Notes under the pieces: generated by a model
Told to the model about the DNA's origin: nothing
What the model saw: only the letters and a program-made list of their open reading frames with translations
Database searches by the model: none
In this document: positions 1 through 14,015 of the stretch, in pieces
Layout of the letters: each line of letters starts with the position of its first letter
How positions within the stretch are numbered: position 1 is the stretch's first letter
Made by a program: the position numbers and the translations under genes
DNA from: Octopus vulgaris
Lineage: Eukaryota
Direction: 5' to 3'
Assembly: GCA_951406725.2 (NCBI GenBank)
Contig: OX597827.1
Span: 2,108,001-2,172,000 of the forward strand
Length of the DNA stretch: 64,000 nt

Positions 1-36
1 CTGCTTCAACCTCTCTCTTTTTCTCTTTCCTTCCAC

Positions 37-41
37 ACGCG

Positions 42-115
<74 letters not shown>
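37..115. repeat. (CA)n microsatellite, representative of dozens of (CA)n/(TA)n tracts in the window
   Basis: Direct dinucleotide repeat. Confidence 0.95.
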
Positions 116-659
116 TCTAACTAAATAACTGTCTATGATTTACAAATATTTTTATTTTTTGTTCTGCTTTGATTTGTTTCATTTCGTGAACATCTTTGGC
201 GTCATCACGGAGATAACGCAACAGTAGAATTAGAAAATAACTAAACAAACACGCAAACACACACACACACACACATACATACATATGTGTATATATATAG
301 AGAGATTTGTATAACATTAAATGAATAAGTAATGAATATATGCAATATATAAGAACTATAAAAAAAGAAGCGAGTATTGAACAGATGTAAGAGAGATCAC
401 AGGAATGTGACGAAAGCCTTTGATACACATAAGCGAAATAATGAAAGAATAATTAGCATATCTGTTAGGAAATGTTAGAAACAGTGAGTCGTATATAGAA
501 TTAATAATAAACATAATAATAAAAAAGGAATGTTTTATTTGCCACCGTGCCGAACACGTGAGAACACTAATATGACACACTACAAACAACAAGTATATAT
601 TATACGTGTATATGTGTGTGCGTGTGAGGGTGTATATACATTCATATATATATATATAC

Positions 660-690
<31 letters not shown>

Positions 691-699
691 CATACATAC

Positions 700-731
<32 letters not shown>

Positions 732-779
732 GTATGTATACATACATATATATGTATTTATATTTATATATATATGCAT

Positions 780-812
<33 letters not shown>

Positions 813-1004
813 CACACACACACATATATTTATACGTATATATGTACATGTATAGCATATGAGTGTATTCATGGAACATGATACGTGCGAATAATGAACG
901 AAAATTAAACACTGCACTTACAAAATGCACGCGGTTCTGTGCTGGGTTGTGCTGTAAACACAAGTTAACAACAATAACAACAACAACCATAATAACTATA
1001 CTGA

Positions 1005-1201
1005 TTTAAAATTTTGGCACGCGGCCACCAATTTCGAGAATGGGATAAGTCGATTGTGTCGACCCCAGTACTTGACTGGTACAAATTTTATCGACCCCCG
1101 AAAGAATTAAAAGCAAAATCGACATAAGCGGAGTTAGGACTTAGAACATTAAGAAGGACCGAATGCCCGGCGAACCAACGACTCTGCCAGCTCGCCGCCG
1201 G
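1005..1201 (-). mobile_element. tRNA-like SINE, family B (head GGCGGCGAGCTGGCAGA...; body with GGGGTCGAT)
   Basis: Reverse complement matches copies at 25195-25535, 29077-29268, 49133-49345 and 55674-55903. Confidence 0.8.
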
Positions 1202-1427
1202 AGGTGCAAGACCACTGCATAAACTTTGGTACTTGACTGCTATTAATTTTAATTGACCCTGAAAGGGTAAAAAAACCAAAATCTACCTCGGCAGAATTTA
1301 AGTGCAAAGAATCGGAAAGAATTCTCCAAATATTTTGCTTTAAGTGTTAACAAGGGTGTCACCGAGCAACCTTTATAAGGATAACAATTGTAACAATTGC
1401 TCCTTCGATCGTTATAACAACAGTTAT

Positions 1428-1600
1428 ACTCTTTACTCTTTTACTCTTTTATCTTGTTTCAGTCATTTGACTGTGACCATGCTGGAGCACCGCCTTTAGT
1501 CGAGCAAATTGACCCCCAGGACTTATTCTTTGTAAGCCTAGTACTTATTCGATCGGTCTTTTGCCGAACCGCTAAGTTACGGGAACGTAAACACACCAGC
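1428..1600 (-). mobile_element. SINE family A, 3' half
   Basis: Reverse complement of the 3' part of the full copy at 53962-54395, including the (AAAGAGT)n-like tail. Confidence 0.85.
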
Positions 1601-1607
1601 AATAAAT

Positions 1608-2177
1608 GAAATAAAATGAAAGCACAACAGACCTGATATAATGATTTGGGATAGAGAAAAGAAACTGTGTACAGTTGTAGAAATTAGCTGCCCAGCGGAT
1701 GTTAACATAAAGATGAAGATCAGTGAAAAAGAGAACACCTATGCTGAACTATTGAGAAATTTACAGTTACTCAATCCAGCTAACAAGTTCAGGTACATAC
1801 CTGTGATTATCGGAGCCCTGGGATATGTAACACATTGCCTAAATACCAATCTTGAGAAATTAGGCTTCTCAAAACTAGAAAGGAGAAAAGGCTAATTCGT
1901 AGACTACAGTTCCAATCCATCACTGGAACTGTAAAAATCTGTAAAACTTTCCAGAAGATAATCACTTAAGTATATATGAGCATGTCTAGATACGCAACTA
2001 TATGTATGAGAATACATACATAAAACATACATACATACATACATACATACATACATAAGTACATACATACAAAAATACCCTGTTGTTGATGTTGGAAATC
2101 CAATGAAAGATCCTTGGATCTAGGTTAGAAACCGGTTCTTTCTCTATTGGCAAGAAGTCTTGAAATAAAGTGAATAA

Positions 2178-2180
<3 letters not shown>
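1608..2180 (+). mobile_element. 5'-truncated R4/Dong-like non-LTR retrotransposon: restriction-like endonuclease (RLE) domain plus 3' UTR
   Basis: KHNRPDIMIWDREKKLCTVVEISCPADVNI..KISEKENTY..YIPVIIGALG is the RLE PD-(D/E)xK-type region. The 3' UTR (GGATCTAGGTTAGAAACCGG...GAAATAAAGTGAATAATGA) recurs at ~5860-5965 (-), 62893 and 63015. Confidence 0.85.
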
Positions 2181-2224
<44 letters not shown>

Positions 2225-2255
2225 TATGTATCTCTCTCTCTCTCTCTCTCTCTCT

Positions 2256-2297
<42 letters not shown>

Positions 2298-2342
2298 CAT
2301 ATGTATGTCTATATATTTGCATGTGTGTATGTGGATGTATGT

Positions 2343-2392
<50 letters not shown>

Positions 2393-2428
2393 CTGTCTAT
2401 CTATCTATGCATCTATATATCAATATAA

Positions 2429-2459
<31 letters not shown>

Positions 2460-2966
2460 TACATAATAACACTAGGTCTGAATTTTGGAAGGACATGTTG
2501 TTGCCTCTTCCACAAATGTTAATGATATTTTTTTTTCTCGTTAATAAAAAATTCTTTTCCGTCACTACTTCATGTACTCTCATTTCTATTTGCACTTAAT
2601 GACTTGTTCTCCGTACAGAGGGCGCACTTAGGAAATATTAAATGTCATCTGCATATTTGTGTATGTGTGTTCATATAAACGCACATATATACGTGCATAT
2701 AGGCACGAACACAAACACATATATATGCATGCATACATACACACAGGTATACATGTGTATGCGTGTGGAGAGAAAGAAAAAGATATATATACATACACAT
2801 ACTTTCACACACACACACACATGTATATGTATATATATCTACATATGCATGTATATATATATATAATATAAATATATATAATATATATTATATAAATATA
2901 ATGAATATATATATAGTATATATACTCATTTATATTATATATTACATACATATAATAAATCTATAT

Positions 2967-3007
<41 letters not shown>

Positions 3008-3037
3008 CATAGACTTAAATATTTATAGTACATTCAC

Positions 3038-3113
<76 letters not shown>

Positions 3114-3534
3114 CATGTGTGTGAATGCAGGTGTGCGTGTGTTTATATATGTGTGTGTGTGCATGGGGTGGAGTGCGTGCAAACCTATGCGTTATCCGTT
3201 CATGCCGCCACGCTTGTATGGCGTCTGTACTCGTCAGCTGGGTGAAAGCAATAACGGAGAAAGTATAAACGGCTGAAACATAAGAACATTTACCCAACGT
3301 CCTAAACTGAACACATGACCCGTAACTCTAAGTGCCATTCATTATGTACAGGGATAATACAACAGGGAAACCTTTCTTCCTTATATGTTTGCGTGTGCGC
3401 GCTTTTGTATGTATCTGTAGATATATATATATACATATATTTATATATACATACACACACACACAAACACACATATATATGTATGTATGAGTATATGTAT
3501 ATATATATATATGTATTTATCTATATATGTGTAT

Positions 3535-3587
<53 letters not shown>

Positions 3588-3648
3588 AGTATATGTATAT
3601 ATACATGTATGTATGTATAGTATATGTATATATACATGTATTTATCTA

Positions 3649-3692
<44 letters not shown>

Positions 3693-3797
3693 GCACGAAG
3701 TGCCACATAGTAGACGAGGTTCGTCGCAATAACAGTGTAGCACAAAACGGCGGTGCATCAGCATGGCCGCAGCTCTGAGCTGAAACTAAAGGAAAAA

Positions 3798-3828
<31 letters not shown>

Positions 3829-3829
<1 letters not shown>

Positions 3830-4105
3830 CTTTTATCTTTTATTTATTTCAGTCATTAGGCTGTGACCATGCTGGTGCACTGCTTTGATGAATTTTTAGT
3901 CGAATGAGTCAACCCCAGTTTCTAATTTAAAATCCGGTAATTATTTTATCGATTTCTGTTGTCGAAGTTATGGGAGCGTAAACACACCATCACCGGTTGT
4001 CAAGTGGTATCAAATGTCAATTACAATTACAAAGACATGCAGTCACACACAAACACACATATATGTGTATACATGTATGTATGTGTATACGTGTATGTGT
4101 GTGTA

Positions 4106-4149
<44 letters not shown>

Positions 4150-4180
4150 CCATCTACCAAATCCACTCACAAGACTTTGG
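3829..4180 (-). mobile_element. SINE family A, decayed, with internal microsatellite
   Basis: TTCAGTCATT..GACCATGCTGG..CACCATCACCGGTTGTCAAG and CTACCAAATCCACTCACAAG match family A. Confidence 0.7.
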
Positions 4181-4418
4181 TACTTTTCTACTGGAGAGGA
4201 ATCGTACGAAAAAAGAACAAAGACAAACGAAAACTACCGAAGACCCCATCGCAGAAGACTTAGTCCAGTGACAGAAATAAATATAATATTATGTATGTAT
4301 ATATGTATGTATGTATATATGTATGTATGTATATATGTATGCCTGCCTGTCTCTTTGTCTGACTACCTGCCTGCTTCTCTGTCTATGTATGTATTTATGT
4401 ACGTATGCATCTATCTAG

Positions 4419-4486
<68 letters not shown>

Positions 4487-4656
4487 ATATCTATCTATCT
4501 GTCTGTCTATCTGTCTGTCTGCCTGTCTATGTATGCATGTATGTGTATATGTATGTATGCATGTAAGTATTATATATGTATGTATGCATGTATGTGTGTG
4601 TGTGTATGTATGTTTGTATGTATGTATGTATGTAAGTATTATGTAAGTATGTATGT

Positions 4657-4733
4657 AGAGAATTCACAAAAAACAAAATACGAAGACAGGTGGTGTAGAC
4701 AACAAACAGATGTATTAGATTAACGCTCGGAAG
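4657..4733 (-). mobile_element. Truncated copy of the hammerhead-bearing short element found at 37882 and 46412
   Basis: ACGAAGACAGGTGGTGTAGACAACAAACAGATGTATTAG is shared; the copy ends before the ribozyme core. Confidence 0.7.
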
Positions 4734-5164
4734 TATCTATCTTTCTGTCTATCTATCTATCTATCTACCTATCTATCTAGCTAGCTAGATATCTGTCTAT
4801 TTTCATGTGTGTTTTAAAACATATTGTTTTATTTTTTCCCCGTCATTTAACCACATGCACAATCCAGAACAGGGGGAGGCACGTAGGATGGAGAGTCAAT
4901 AAAGTGGACACATGATATGTGACGATCGATTTGAGACAAAGGACAGTAAAATAAGAATAATAGTTAAGCTGAAGTGAAGAACGAGTATATAGTACGTGTG
5001 GTTGATTGGCAGAAAGGATAGAAATTGACCGTCCCAAAGCATAACAGTATCTGCTCCATCACACGATTCCACATCATGAATCTTGCAAAACAAATACACG
5101 AACAAGGGGGACAGTGACTTAGGAAAATCGGACTGTGAGCTTTCGTCTATGTGCATAACCTTCA

Positions 5165-5858
5165 TGTGTATGCATGTATGTATGTATGTATGTATGTATG
5201 TATGTATGTATGTATGTATGTATGCATGCATGCATGCATGCATGCATGTATGTATGTATGTATGTGTGTGTATGTATGTATGTATGTATGTATGTATGTA
5301 TGTATGTATGTATGTATGTATGTGTGTATGTATGTATGTATGTATGTATATATGTATGTCTGTATGTATGTATGTATGTATGCATGTGTGTATGTATGTA
5401 TTATGTATGTATGTATTATGTATGTATGTATGTATGCATGTATGTATGTATGTATGTATGTATGCATGTATGTATGTATGTATGCATATATGTATGTATG
5501 TATGTATGTATGGATGGATGGATGGATGTATGTGTGTATGTATGTATGTATGTATGTATGCATGTATGTATATATGTATGTATGTATGCATATATGTATG
5601 TATGTGTGTGTGTATGTATGTATGTATGGATGGATGGATGGATGGATGTATATGTATATATGAATGTATGTATGTATGTTTGTATGTATGTATGTATGTA
5701 TGTATGTATGTATGTATGCATGCATGTATGTATGTATGTATGGATGGATGGATGGATGGATGTATATGTATATATGAATGTATGTATGTATGTATGTATG
5801 TATGTATGTATGTATGTATGTATGTGTGTGTATGTACGTATGTATGTATGTATGTATG
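5165..5858. repeat. Long (TATG)n/(TGGA)n compound microsatellite
   Basis: Direct repeat; abuts the 3' end of the Dong-like element. Confidence 0.95.
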
Positions 5859-6800
5859 TCATTCAGTTTTATTTCAAGATTTCTTACCACTAGAGAAAGA
5901 GTGGGTTTCTAACCTCGATCCAAGGCTCCTTCAATGGAATTTCGACAACAGCAACGGAGTATTTTTGTATGTGTGTATGTATATGAGCAGATTTGTATGT
6001 TCTGTTTTATGTATGTATTGTCATGCATGTATTTGCACATCTAGATATTCTCATATATACTTAAATGATAAACTTCTGGAAAGTTTCAGTGATGGCCTGA
6101 TTCTGTAGTCTTCTAATCAGCTTTTTCTTTCTGATTTTGAGAAGCTTAATTTATCAAGATTGGTGTCTGGGCAGTGTGTTACATAGCCCAGTGCCCCGAT
6201 GTTTACAGGTATAATTCTGAACTTGTAATCTGGATAGAGTAGCTGTAGATTCCTCAATAGTTTGGCGTAGGTATTTTCTTTTTCGCTGATCTTTGGCTTC
6301 ATGTTAACATCCGCTGGGCAGCTGATCTCTACAACTGCTCGCAGTTTCTCTTTTCAGTCCAAAATAACTATGTCAGGTCTATTATGTTTACATTTTATTG
6401 AGGTTTTCACTGTGACATTCCACCAGTACTCCTTTTTATTATGAGTATCTATGACTTCTGGCGTTCCGTTGTTTCTTATTTCTTTGGCCTCGAGGTTTAG
6501 CCTTCCGTCGGATCTCATTATACAGTGTTCTAGTTACATCATGCCTCATCACCAGATAATTCTGTGATAACATTTTCAGATAACTGCTTATGATGTGGGT
6601 GATATCTTCGGTAATTAACTCCACAAAGTCTGCATCTATTATTACATTTTCATGCTTTTCCTGCAACACTGTCCCTTTTGTGCACCAGGAATTTGATTTA
6701 TGTCTCCTGTTCCTGGATTGCAAACGCAAACCCTTCAAAGTGGGAGTTAGTAACCTAGTTGTTAATCCATAATAGACTGCTTTGTTTATCAATGTTACTA
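5859..6800 (-). mobile_element. Decayed R4/Dong-like non-LTR retrotransposon: zinc knuckle, RLE and 3' UTR
   Basis: Minus strand reads NNRCRLCGV../TEDITHIISSY..MRHDV (CCHC knuckle, last C mutated), YWWNVTVKTSIKCKHNRPDIVI and VVEISCPADVNM/KISEKENTYAKLL, with frameshifts and stops. Same family as 1608-2180. Confidence 0.88.
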
Positions 6801-7031
6801 TCTTGTATGTATGTATGTATGTATGTATGTATGTATGTATGTATGTACGTATGTATGCACGTATACATGCATCTTTTTCTTTAATTTCTTCATAAGGGAC
6901 TTCAAGCCGGTCGCTAACAAAGCGACAAGACTTTTTTAGCCAAGAGAGTTCTTGGCGTTTGTAAATATGTGGTGAAGTTGGTGCGTGCATCTATTCACCT
7001 AAAGAATCTCAGATGGAGCATCCTTGGAATG

Positions 7032-7074
<43 letters not shown>

Positions 7075-7153
7075 ATACATGTACGTACGAATGATGTATG
7101 TCTATATGTATGCATATAGAAATGCATGCATGTCTGTTAGTATATAAACATGT

Positions 7154-7229
<76 letters not shown>

Positions 7230-7855
7230 GTATCTATAAAATATATATATACGCTGGCAAATAAACTTTACTCGTATATATATGTATGTATGTATATAAA
7301 CGTACATACATGCATATGTATATATATATATTAACACATATGGATATTTGTGTGTGTGTGTGTGTCTGTATGTATATGTACATATACATACATATTCAGA
7401 CACAAGCACATTTCTATATACATGGCATAAATGCATGCGCATGCTTATTTATACAAACACATCTCAGTTTACTAAAATTGCAAAATAATCTTACGACTCC
7501 GACTATGACGACCATGTTGCTAGCTCGGATATTATTAGCGTGACACTGCTGATTAATACTGCTGTTGTTCTTGTTGCTGTATTTGTGTGCGTGTGCGTGT
7601 AAGTGCCGTTTCATTATATCTTTTTTTTTCTGTTGTAGTTTATTTTCTGCTTAAATGACAATAGAACGGTAATGATATGATAATTTATGGAGATTAAACT
7701 AAATGTTGCATATTCACTGGAATATGGCGTATAATCAGAGTGGTACTCACGGACACGAACACTCATTTAGACGTGCTCACACAGGCAAACACACACATAC
7801 ATACACACCATACACACATATAATATATATATGTATATATATGATATATATATAT

Positions 7856-7915
<60 letters not shown>

Positions 7916-8005
7916 ATATATAGATATATATATTATCATGCATATGTATGCATATTTATGCATGTATATAAATATATGCATGCATACACACACACACATT
8001 TATAT

Positions 8006-8053
<48 letters not shown>

Positions 8054-8395
8054 GCATACATACACATACACCTGAATCAGTTACTGCCAATATTAAATAT
8101 TATGTATAGATATATAGATAGATACATATATATATATATATATATATTTAAATATATACAAATATATATACATACACACATACACACACACATACTTTCA
8201 TATGTATACACATACACATATATATACACACACGCACATATATATGTATATATAGATGTGTATATATATTCATACATATGAGTGTGTGTGTATATGTATA
8301 TATGCATCAACCTCTGTCTCTCTCTCTATTTCTCTGTCCCAGTCTCCATGTCTCTCTCTCTGTCTCTCTCTCTCTTCCTCTCCCTCTCTTTCTTT

Positions 8396-8439
<44 letters not shown>

Positions 8440-8697
8440 ATATATATGTCGTAAACGTCTTGTAACACCATTTCAAACCCTCATATATGCCCTTAAATTC
8501 ACACATTATATAGACTATAATATATGCCATCACACATATATACACATTGTCACACATATACGCACGCTCTATCACTCTCCCACGTACACACGCATACACA
8601 CACAAACATAGAAATATATGCACATACATATATATACATAATATATACACTCCTATAATTATGTATTATATATATATATATATACATATATATATGG

Positions 8698-8740
<43 letters not shown>

Positions 8741-8769
8741 ATATATATATGTGTAATATATATATGTAA

Positions 8770-8811
<42 letters not shown>

Positions 8812-9063
8812 TGTGTGTATGACTATATGGGTGACTATAATGTTGGTGATTCAGTCCTTCACTAATTCATTCATGCAATCATTACTCAGCGGGTGGCTCA
8901 CACTTATACAAGTGCGTGCGAAACACTTGAGTAATTACTGTATCAATTGCCAATAATCCACTCTCAATTATTACCTCGACACAATATATCGAGTATTCTT
9001 TCTTTTCTCTTATATGTTCCTTTATATATGTTGTATATGTAGATAAATATGTTTTACACATAA

Positions 9064-9157
<94 letters not shown>

Positions 9158-9161
9158 CAGC

Positions 9162-9197
<36 letters not shown>

Positions 9198-9337
9198 GAG
9201 AGAGACAGAGAGAGATATTCCACATATATAGATATATATACATATTTTCTTTTTAATCTGACTTTATATAGTAAAACGTGTAGTTTTTTTGACTCAGGTT
9301 TATTTCTATTCCTTTCTGAATACTTCTCTCTCTCTAT

Positions 9338-9368
<31 letters not shown>

Positions 9369-9393
9369 AGGGTGGAAAGGAACACACGAGTTG

Positions 9394-9744
9394 ATATATA
9401 TGAAAAAACAAGTCAAAAATAGAAAATGCTAAGATGATTTTATAGTGAATCATACCGGTTTCGGTCATTTTGAGACCTTTCAACTGTAACGATTAAATAA
9501 TTAAATTTTGAAAAATTTAGAAAAATTAGAAGAAAGGTTTTTTAAAGGAATACTTCCATAGTAGTGTTCAGATATACACTACTATGGAAGTATTCCTTTA
9601 AAAAAACCTTTCTTCTAATTTTTCTAAATTTTTCAAAATTTAATTATTTAATCGTTACAGTTGAAAAGGTCTCAAAATGACCGAAACCGTACTGAAAGAT
9701 TCACTATAAAATCATGTTAGCATTTTCTATTTTTGACTTGTTTT

Positions 9745-9757
<13 letters not shown>
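9394..9757. repeat. ~175-bp-arm fold-back inverted repeat in (TA)n; each arm carries a hammerhead-like motif
   Basis: Near-perfect reverse-complement arms with loop TCAGATAT at 9568-9575. Confidence 0.95.
9658..9694 (+). ncRNA. Minimal type I hammerhead ribozyme, U3-A8 core variant
   Basis: CAG-UUGAAAA-GGUC(UCAAAAU)GACC-GAAA-CC(G)GUA-CUG: stem I CAG/CUG, stem II GGUC/GACC, GUA site. The mirror arm keeps the palindromic ACCGGU stem III. Confidence 0.6.
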
Positions 9758-9790
<33 letters not shown>

Positions 9791-9872
9791 CACATTCTTT
9801 TATTCTTTTTCTTGTTTCAGTCATTTCAACGGCGGCCATGCTGGAACACCGCCTTTAAAATTAATGTGAGCT

Positions 9873-9927
<55 letters not shown>

Positions 9928-10064
9928 ATAACACATATCTACGTAACTCTCTATCTGATTGCCGATTTATCTTGTAGATATGGGCATCTATCCATCTATC
10001 TACCTTCTCTTTCAATCATTCATTTTTCCTTTTTTCGTTTCTTTGTTTCTTTCTGCCTTTATTT

Positions 10065-10250
10065 CTGAAGAAGAAGAAAGAAGAAGAAGAAGAAGAAGAA
10101 GAAGAAGAAGAAGAAGAAGAAGAAGAAGAAGGAGGAGGAGGAGGAGGAGGAGGCGGCGGCGGAGGAAGAGAAGAAGAAGAAGAATATGTTGATGATGATG
10201 ATGATGTTGGTGGTGGTGTTGATGATGATGTTGGTGATGATGATGAAGAT
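10065..10250. repeat. (GAA)n/(GGA)n/(GAT)n trinucleotide tract
   Basis: Direct repeat. Confidence 0.9.
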
Positions 10251-10788
10251 ATATGAAGAAGAGCTAAACCTCGAAACATCAAAGAATGTCAGATTCTTAA
10301 TCTCTCACTGGGCGTCAAAGAAATAATTATATTTTGTTCCACTTTGTCTTCTGTGCTGTTATTTTCTTAGTCACTTTTCAATCCATATTCTTGCATACAG
10401 CACCCCACTCCTCACTCAAACACACACACACGCACACGTGTGTGTGCATATGAAACAACACTGCTAATTTCACTTCCGACAAAATGGTCTACAAGTGATA
10501 TCTGGTATTCTCCAATTGTGAAGAGATGGTAGATGATAAAGAGTGAGAGATATAGAACGAAGGACAATAAGAGAAAGACAAAAAGCTAATGATGTAAGAT
10601 GTGTTTGCGTGTGTGTGTGTGTGTTTGCGTGTATGTGTGTGTGTGTGTGTGCGTGCGTGCGCTAGATACATACTCATATACATTCATATACATGTACACA
10701 CATGACACATGTACGTTCGTATGAATGTGTATGTGCGTGTATGTGTGTACATATATTCGCACAAATGTATATATGTATGTGTGCCTAT

Positions 10789-10836
<48 letters not shown>

Positions 10837-10904
10837 GTATATATATGTGTGTGTGTGTGTGTGCGCGCGTGTGTGCATGTATGTATATATTTATACATTT
10901 ATGT

Positions 10905-11713
10905 ATACTGGGTACAGTGAATACATTGTCGTCTAAATACCGGAAAATGAAAATAACACTGACTTATTTTAACAGATATATTTACCAAAATTATATAAAA
11001 AATATCTTGAAATTCTAAAGAGTAAATTTATTCAATAAAATCGCCATTGGCATCAACTACAGCTTCCAGACAACTTCGGAATCTCCTGCAATTCTTCTGG
11101 GTGGTCTTCTTGTTTAAATTGATGAATGCTGCCATAATCTTTGCGCTCAGTTCATCTTTGATGTTACAAGAAGTTTTGTTGGTCTCTCGCTCAATTGCGC
11201 CCTACACATAATAATCAACGAGATTTCAGTCAGAGGAGATAGGTGGCCAGATGTGAGGTGTGATGTGGTCGCAGAAATTGTCTGACAGTCATGACTGGGC
11301 TCTCTTGCTTGTGTGGCATGGTGAGGAATCCAGTTACCAGACATAGGGTCTTCCAGCAGCACATTATTGAGCCAGGGCAGCACTACCTCCTCCAGGCACA
11401 TGATGTTGGCTTCCGTTTTGAATGTGAGACCGTGTGGAAAGGGGAATGGGGGCATAACGCCGCCCTCTCTAGTGATCACTCCAAACATCATGATGTTGAC
11501 TGGATGTTTGATTTTAATCACTCCCGGTGCATGTACGGTCCTCAGTAAAGCTTGTTGTTTCAAAATTTCTGGCAGAATGAACTGTGTCGTGGTTCTGTTT
11601 TTCTCGCAGACGGTACCCATCTGACCCTACCATATTTTGTAGTCGACAAAATCAAAAACAAGCAATGCGCATATGCGAAATTAAAAATGTGAAATGGCAA
11701 CATTGCACCTTGT
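10905..11713 (-). mobile_element. Decayed Tc1/mariner-superfamily transposon (maT/DD37D-like), C-terminal transposase
   Basis: Minus strand reads KHPVNIMMFGVITREGGVMPPFPFPHGL..CLEEVVLPW; after a frameshift RPYVW*LDSSPCHTSKRAQS*LSDNFCDHITPHIWPPISSD*N..DYYV*GAIERETNKTSCNIKDEL. Boundaries approximate. Confidence 0.8.
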
Positions 11714-11734
11714 ATGTATGTGTGTGTGTGTGTG

Positions 11735-12083
11735 AAGAAAATGGAGAGATTTAATGGATATAAGTTAATTTATTAATTAATTTTGTCTACAATCGTTTCA
11801 CTTTACAATTAATACAAACACAAAATTAAATTACGAAACATATATAATAAAATGAGTTTGCATTTTGAAGATTTGTTGAATTCTGTCGGAATATCTCAAC
11901 CGTTCAACATGTAACTTCATTAACGTCCTTTTGCCCTGATAATATTTCACTCAAAATATTCGAAATAAAAACTTATTTTATTATATGTTTTGTAATTTGT
12001 ACTGAGTGTAAACTGAAATAATTACAGGCAATTTTAATTAATTAATTAATTAATTAATATCCACTAAATCTCTCCATTTTCTT
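11735..12083. mobile_element. ~350-bp element with terminal inverted repeats (MITE-like or inverted Penelope-like remnant)
   Basis: AAGAAAATGGAGAGATTTAATGGATAT at 11735 versus ATATCCACTAAATCTCTCCATTTTCTT ending at 12083. Confidence 0.65.
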
Positions 12084-12941
12084 ACTTAATAATATTTGAT
12101 ATTTATAATATATTTCTTGAAGAGATATCTCTTCTCAATATAATATATTAAACCAGTGTTAACTTGGATGGAACCACCCCTATAAGAGGTTTATATATCC
12201 TCATAATGACTACACGCACACACACACACTAACATACACATGCATGTATGTATGTGTATATATAAAGTGAGGATGAGGGAAGAGGAGAGAGTGAAAGAAA
12301 TAGAGAGGGAAGGGAGAGAGAGAAAGAAAGAAAGGGAGACAGAGAGAGAGAGAGAGAGAAGGTAGAAAGTGAGATTGGTAACTGCGATTGTAATATCCAT
12401 GTTACAGAAATAAGGATTAAAAAACCAAAATTTCGAACCGAGCTGGAGAAAATTAGCTCTTCTCCACTACTTGGTAGCTTCCCATTTTCACAGACACACA
12501 CACACACAGACACACACATAAACACACACACACACACAAACACACGCACGCACGCACGTGCGCACACACACACTCACACACACACACACACACTTCAACC
12601 TACACAAGCATGTATCACAAGCAGAAAATTAGCGTCGACTCGTAGTCTGTAAGTGTCCCCATCTATCGGTTTCATCTTATTGCTTCTAAATTCTCCAAGG
12701 GACGAACATAGCCAAACCCTTATATATATATCACATTATTGCATTACATTTATTGGGGTCACATATGGCTGTTCTTTTCAAAAAACATCCAAATATTCCT
12801 TTCCCCGCTAAAAATATATACGAACTCATAAGTATTCGTACACACACACACACACACACACAGACGCCAGCACACACACTCACACACATGGACATATGCC
12901 CAAATGTATGGCGTGATATGAATATGTATATGTATGTGTAG

Positions 12942-12988
<47 letters not shown>

Positions 12989-13019
12989 TGGGTGGGTGTG
13001 TATACTTACATAGATATTT

Positions 13020-13082
13020 TGCTTTATTCTCAGAATTAAATGGTTTTGGCTTACTGTCAGGTGACTTTTGGCCAACCCTGTA
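13020..13082 (-). mobile_element. Solo Tc1/mariner-like terminus
   Basis: Minus strand starts TA-CAGGGTTGGCCAAAAGTCACCTGAC, a typical TA|CAGGG terminus; no partner found. Confidence 0.4.
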
Positions 13083-13138
13083 TAAGGATTTGTATAAATA
13101 TATACATACATATATACATATATACATAAGGATTTGTA

Positions 13139-13173
<35 letters not shown>

Positions 13174-13644
13174 TTAACTAGGTTTTTTAAGACCATCTCC
13201 CCGGTTTTGTCTGGCATGCCATCCTCTCTCCTGAATGGTGAGCCAGTTCGTTGCAGGATTCATAGCTTTTGAAGGGAGGGGACAAGACAAGTCAATTACA
13301 TCAATCCAGTACTTGACTGGTACTTTATCTTTTTTTCTTCAAATCCGATGGGATGAAAGGCGGTGTTGACATTGGTTACACTCTGAATGCCGCAAAGCAT
13401 TTTGTCCAAGTTGCTAACGATTTTCACAGTTCGCCTTACACCCGCGCACGCACGCACGCACACCCACACCCATAAACACCCCCCACACACACGTACACTC
13501 ACAAACATGCATGCAAACACACAAACACGCCGACAGAAAGAAATTCACACACACATATAATGTATTATATATCTATATTATATGTATATTTATATATATA
13601 TATGCATGTCCATATACATGCATACAAAAAAAATATATTTTCTA

Positions 13645-13687
<43 letters not shown>

Positions 13688-13695
<8 letters not shown>

Positions 13696-13982
13696 ATCAC
13701 GTGACCGACCAGACCATCAGATGTTGTTACACATCGCTGGTCACAATGCGTTCACATTGTTTTAGCCTTCGAATTGACGCCACCCCGCTGGCTAAGCGAG
13801 CAGGCCAACAGAAGAAAGAGTGGGAGAAAGAGTACAGCAGGGATCACCACCCCTTGCCGGAGCCTCGTGGAGCTTTTAGGTGTTGTCGCTCAATAAACAC
13901 TCACAACGCCCGGTCTGGGAATCGTAACCGCGATCCTACGACCACGAGTCCGCTGCCCTAACCACTGGGCCATTGCGCCTCC
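13688..13982 (-). mobile_element. tRNA-derived SINE, family C, full length, in (TA)n
   Basis: Minus strand GGAGGCGCAA-TGGCCCAGTGG (A box)...GGTTACGATTCC (B-box-like); ends GTCACGTGATCACGTGA. Confidence 0.85.

Positions 13983-14015
<33 letters not shown>

Noticed and set aside
6905-6930. GTCGC-loop-GCGAC hairpin like stem II of the G3-C8 family
   Set aside because: The flanking core and GAAA are absent
13905-13982. Possible tRNA gene
   Set aside because: It is the head of a SINE that continues into a ~200-bp body; no complete cloverleaf established
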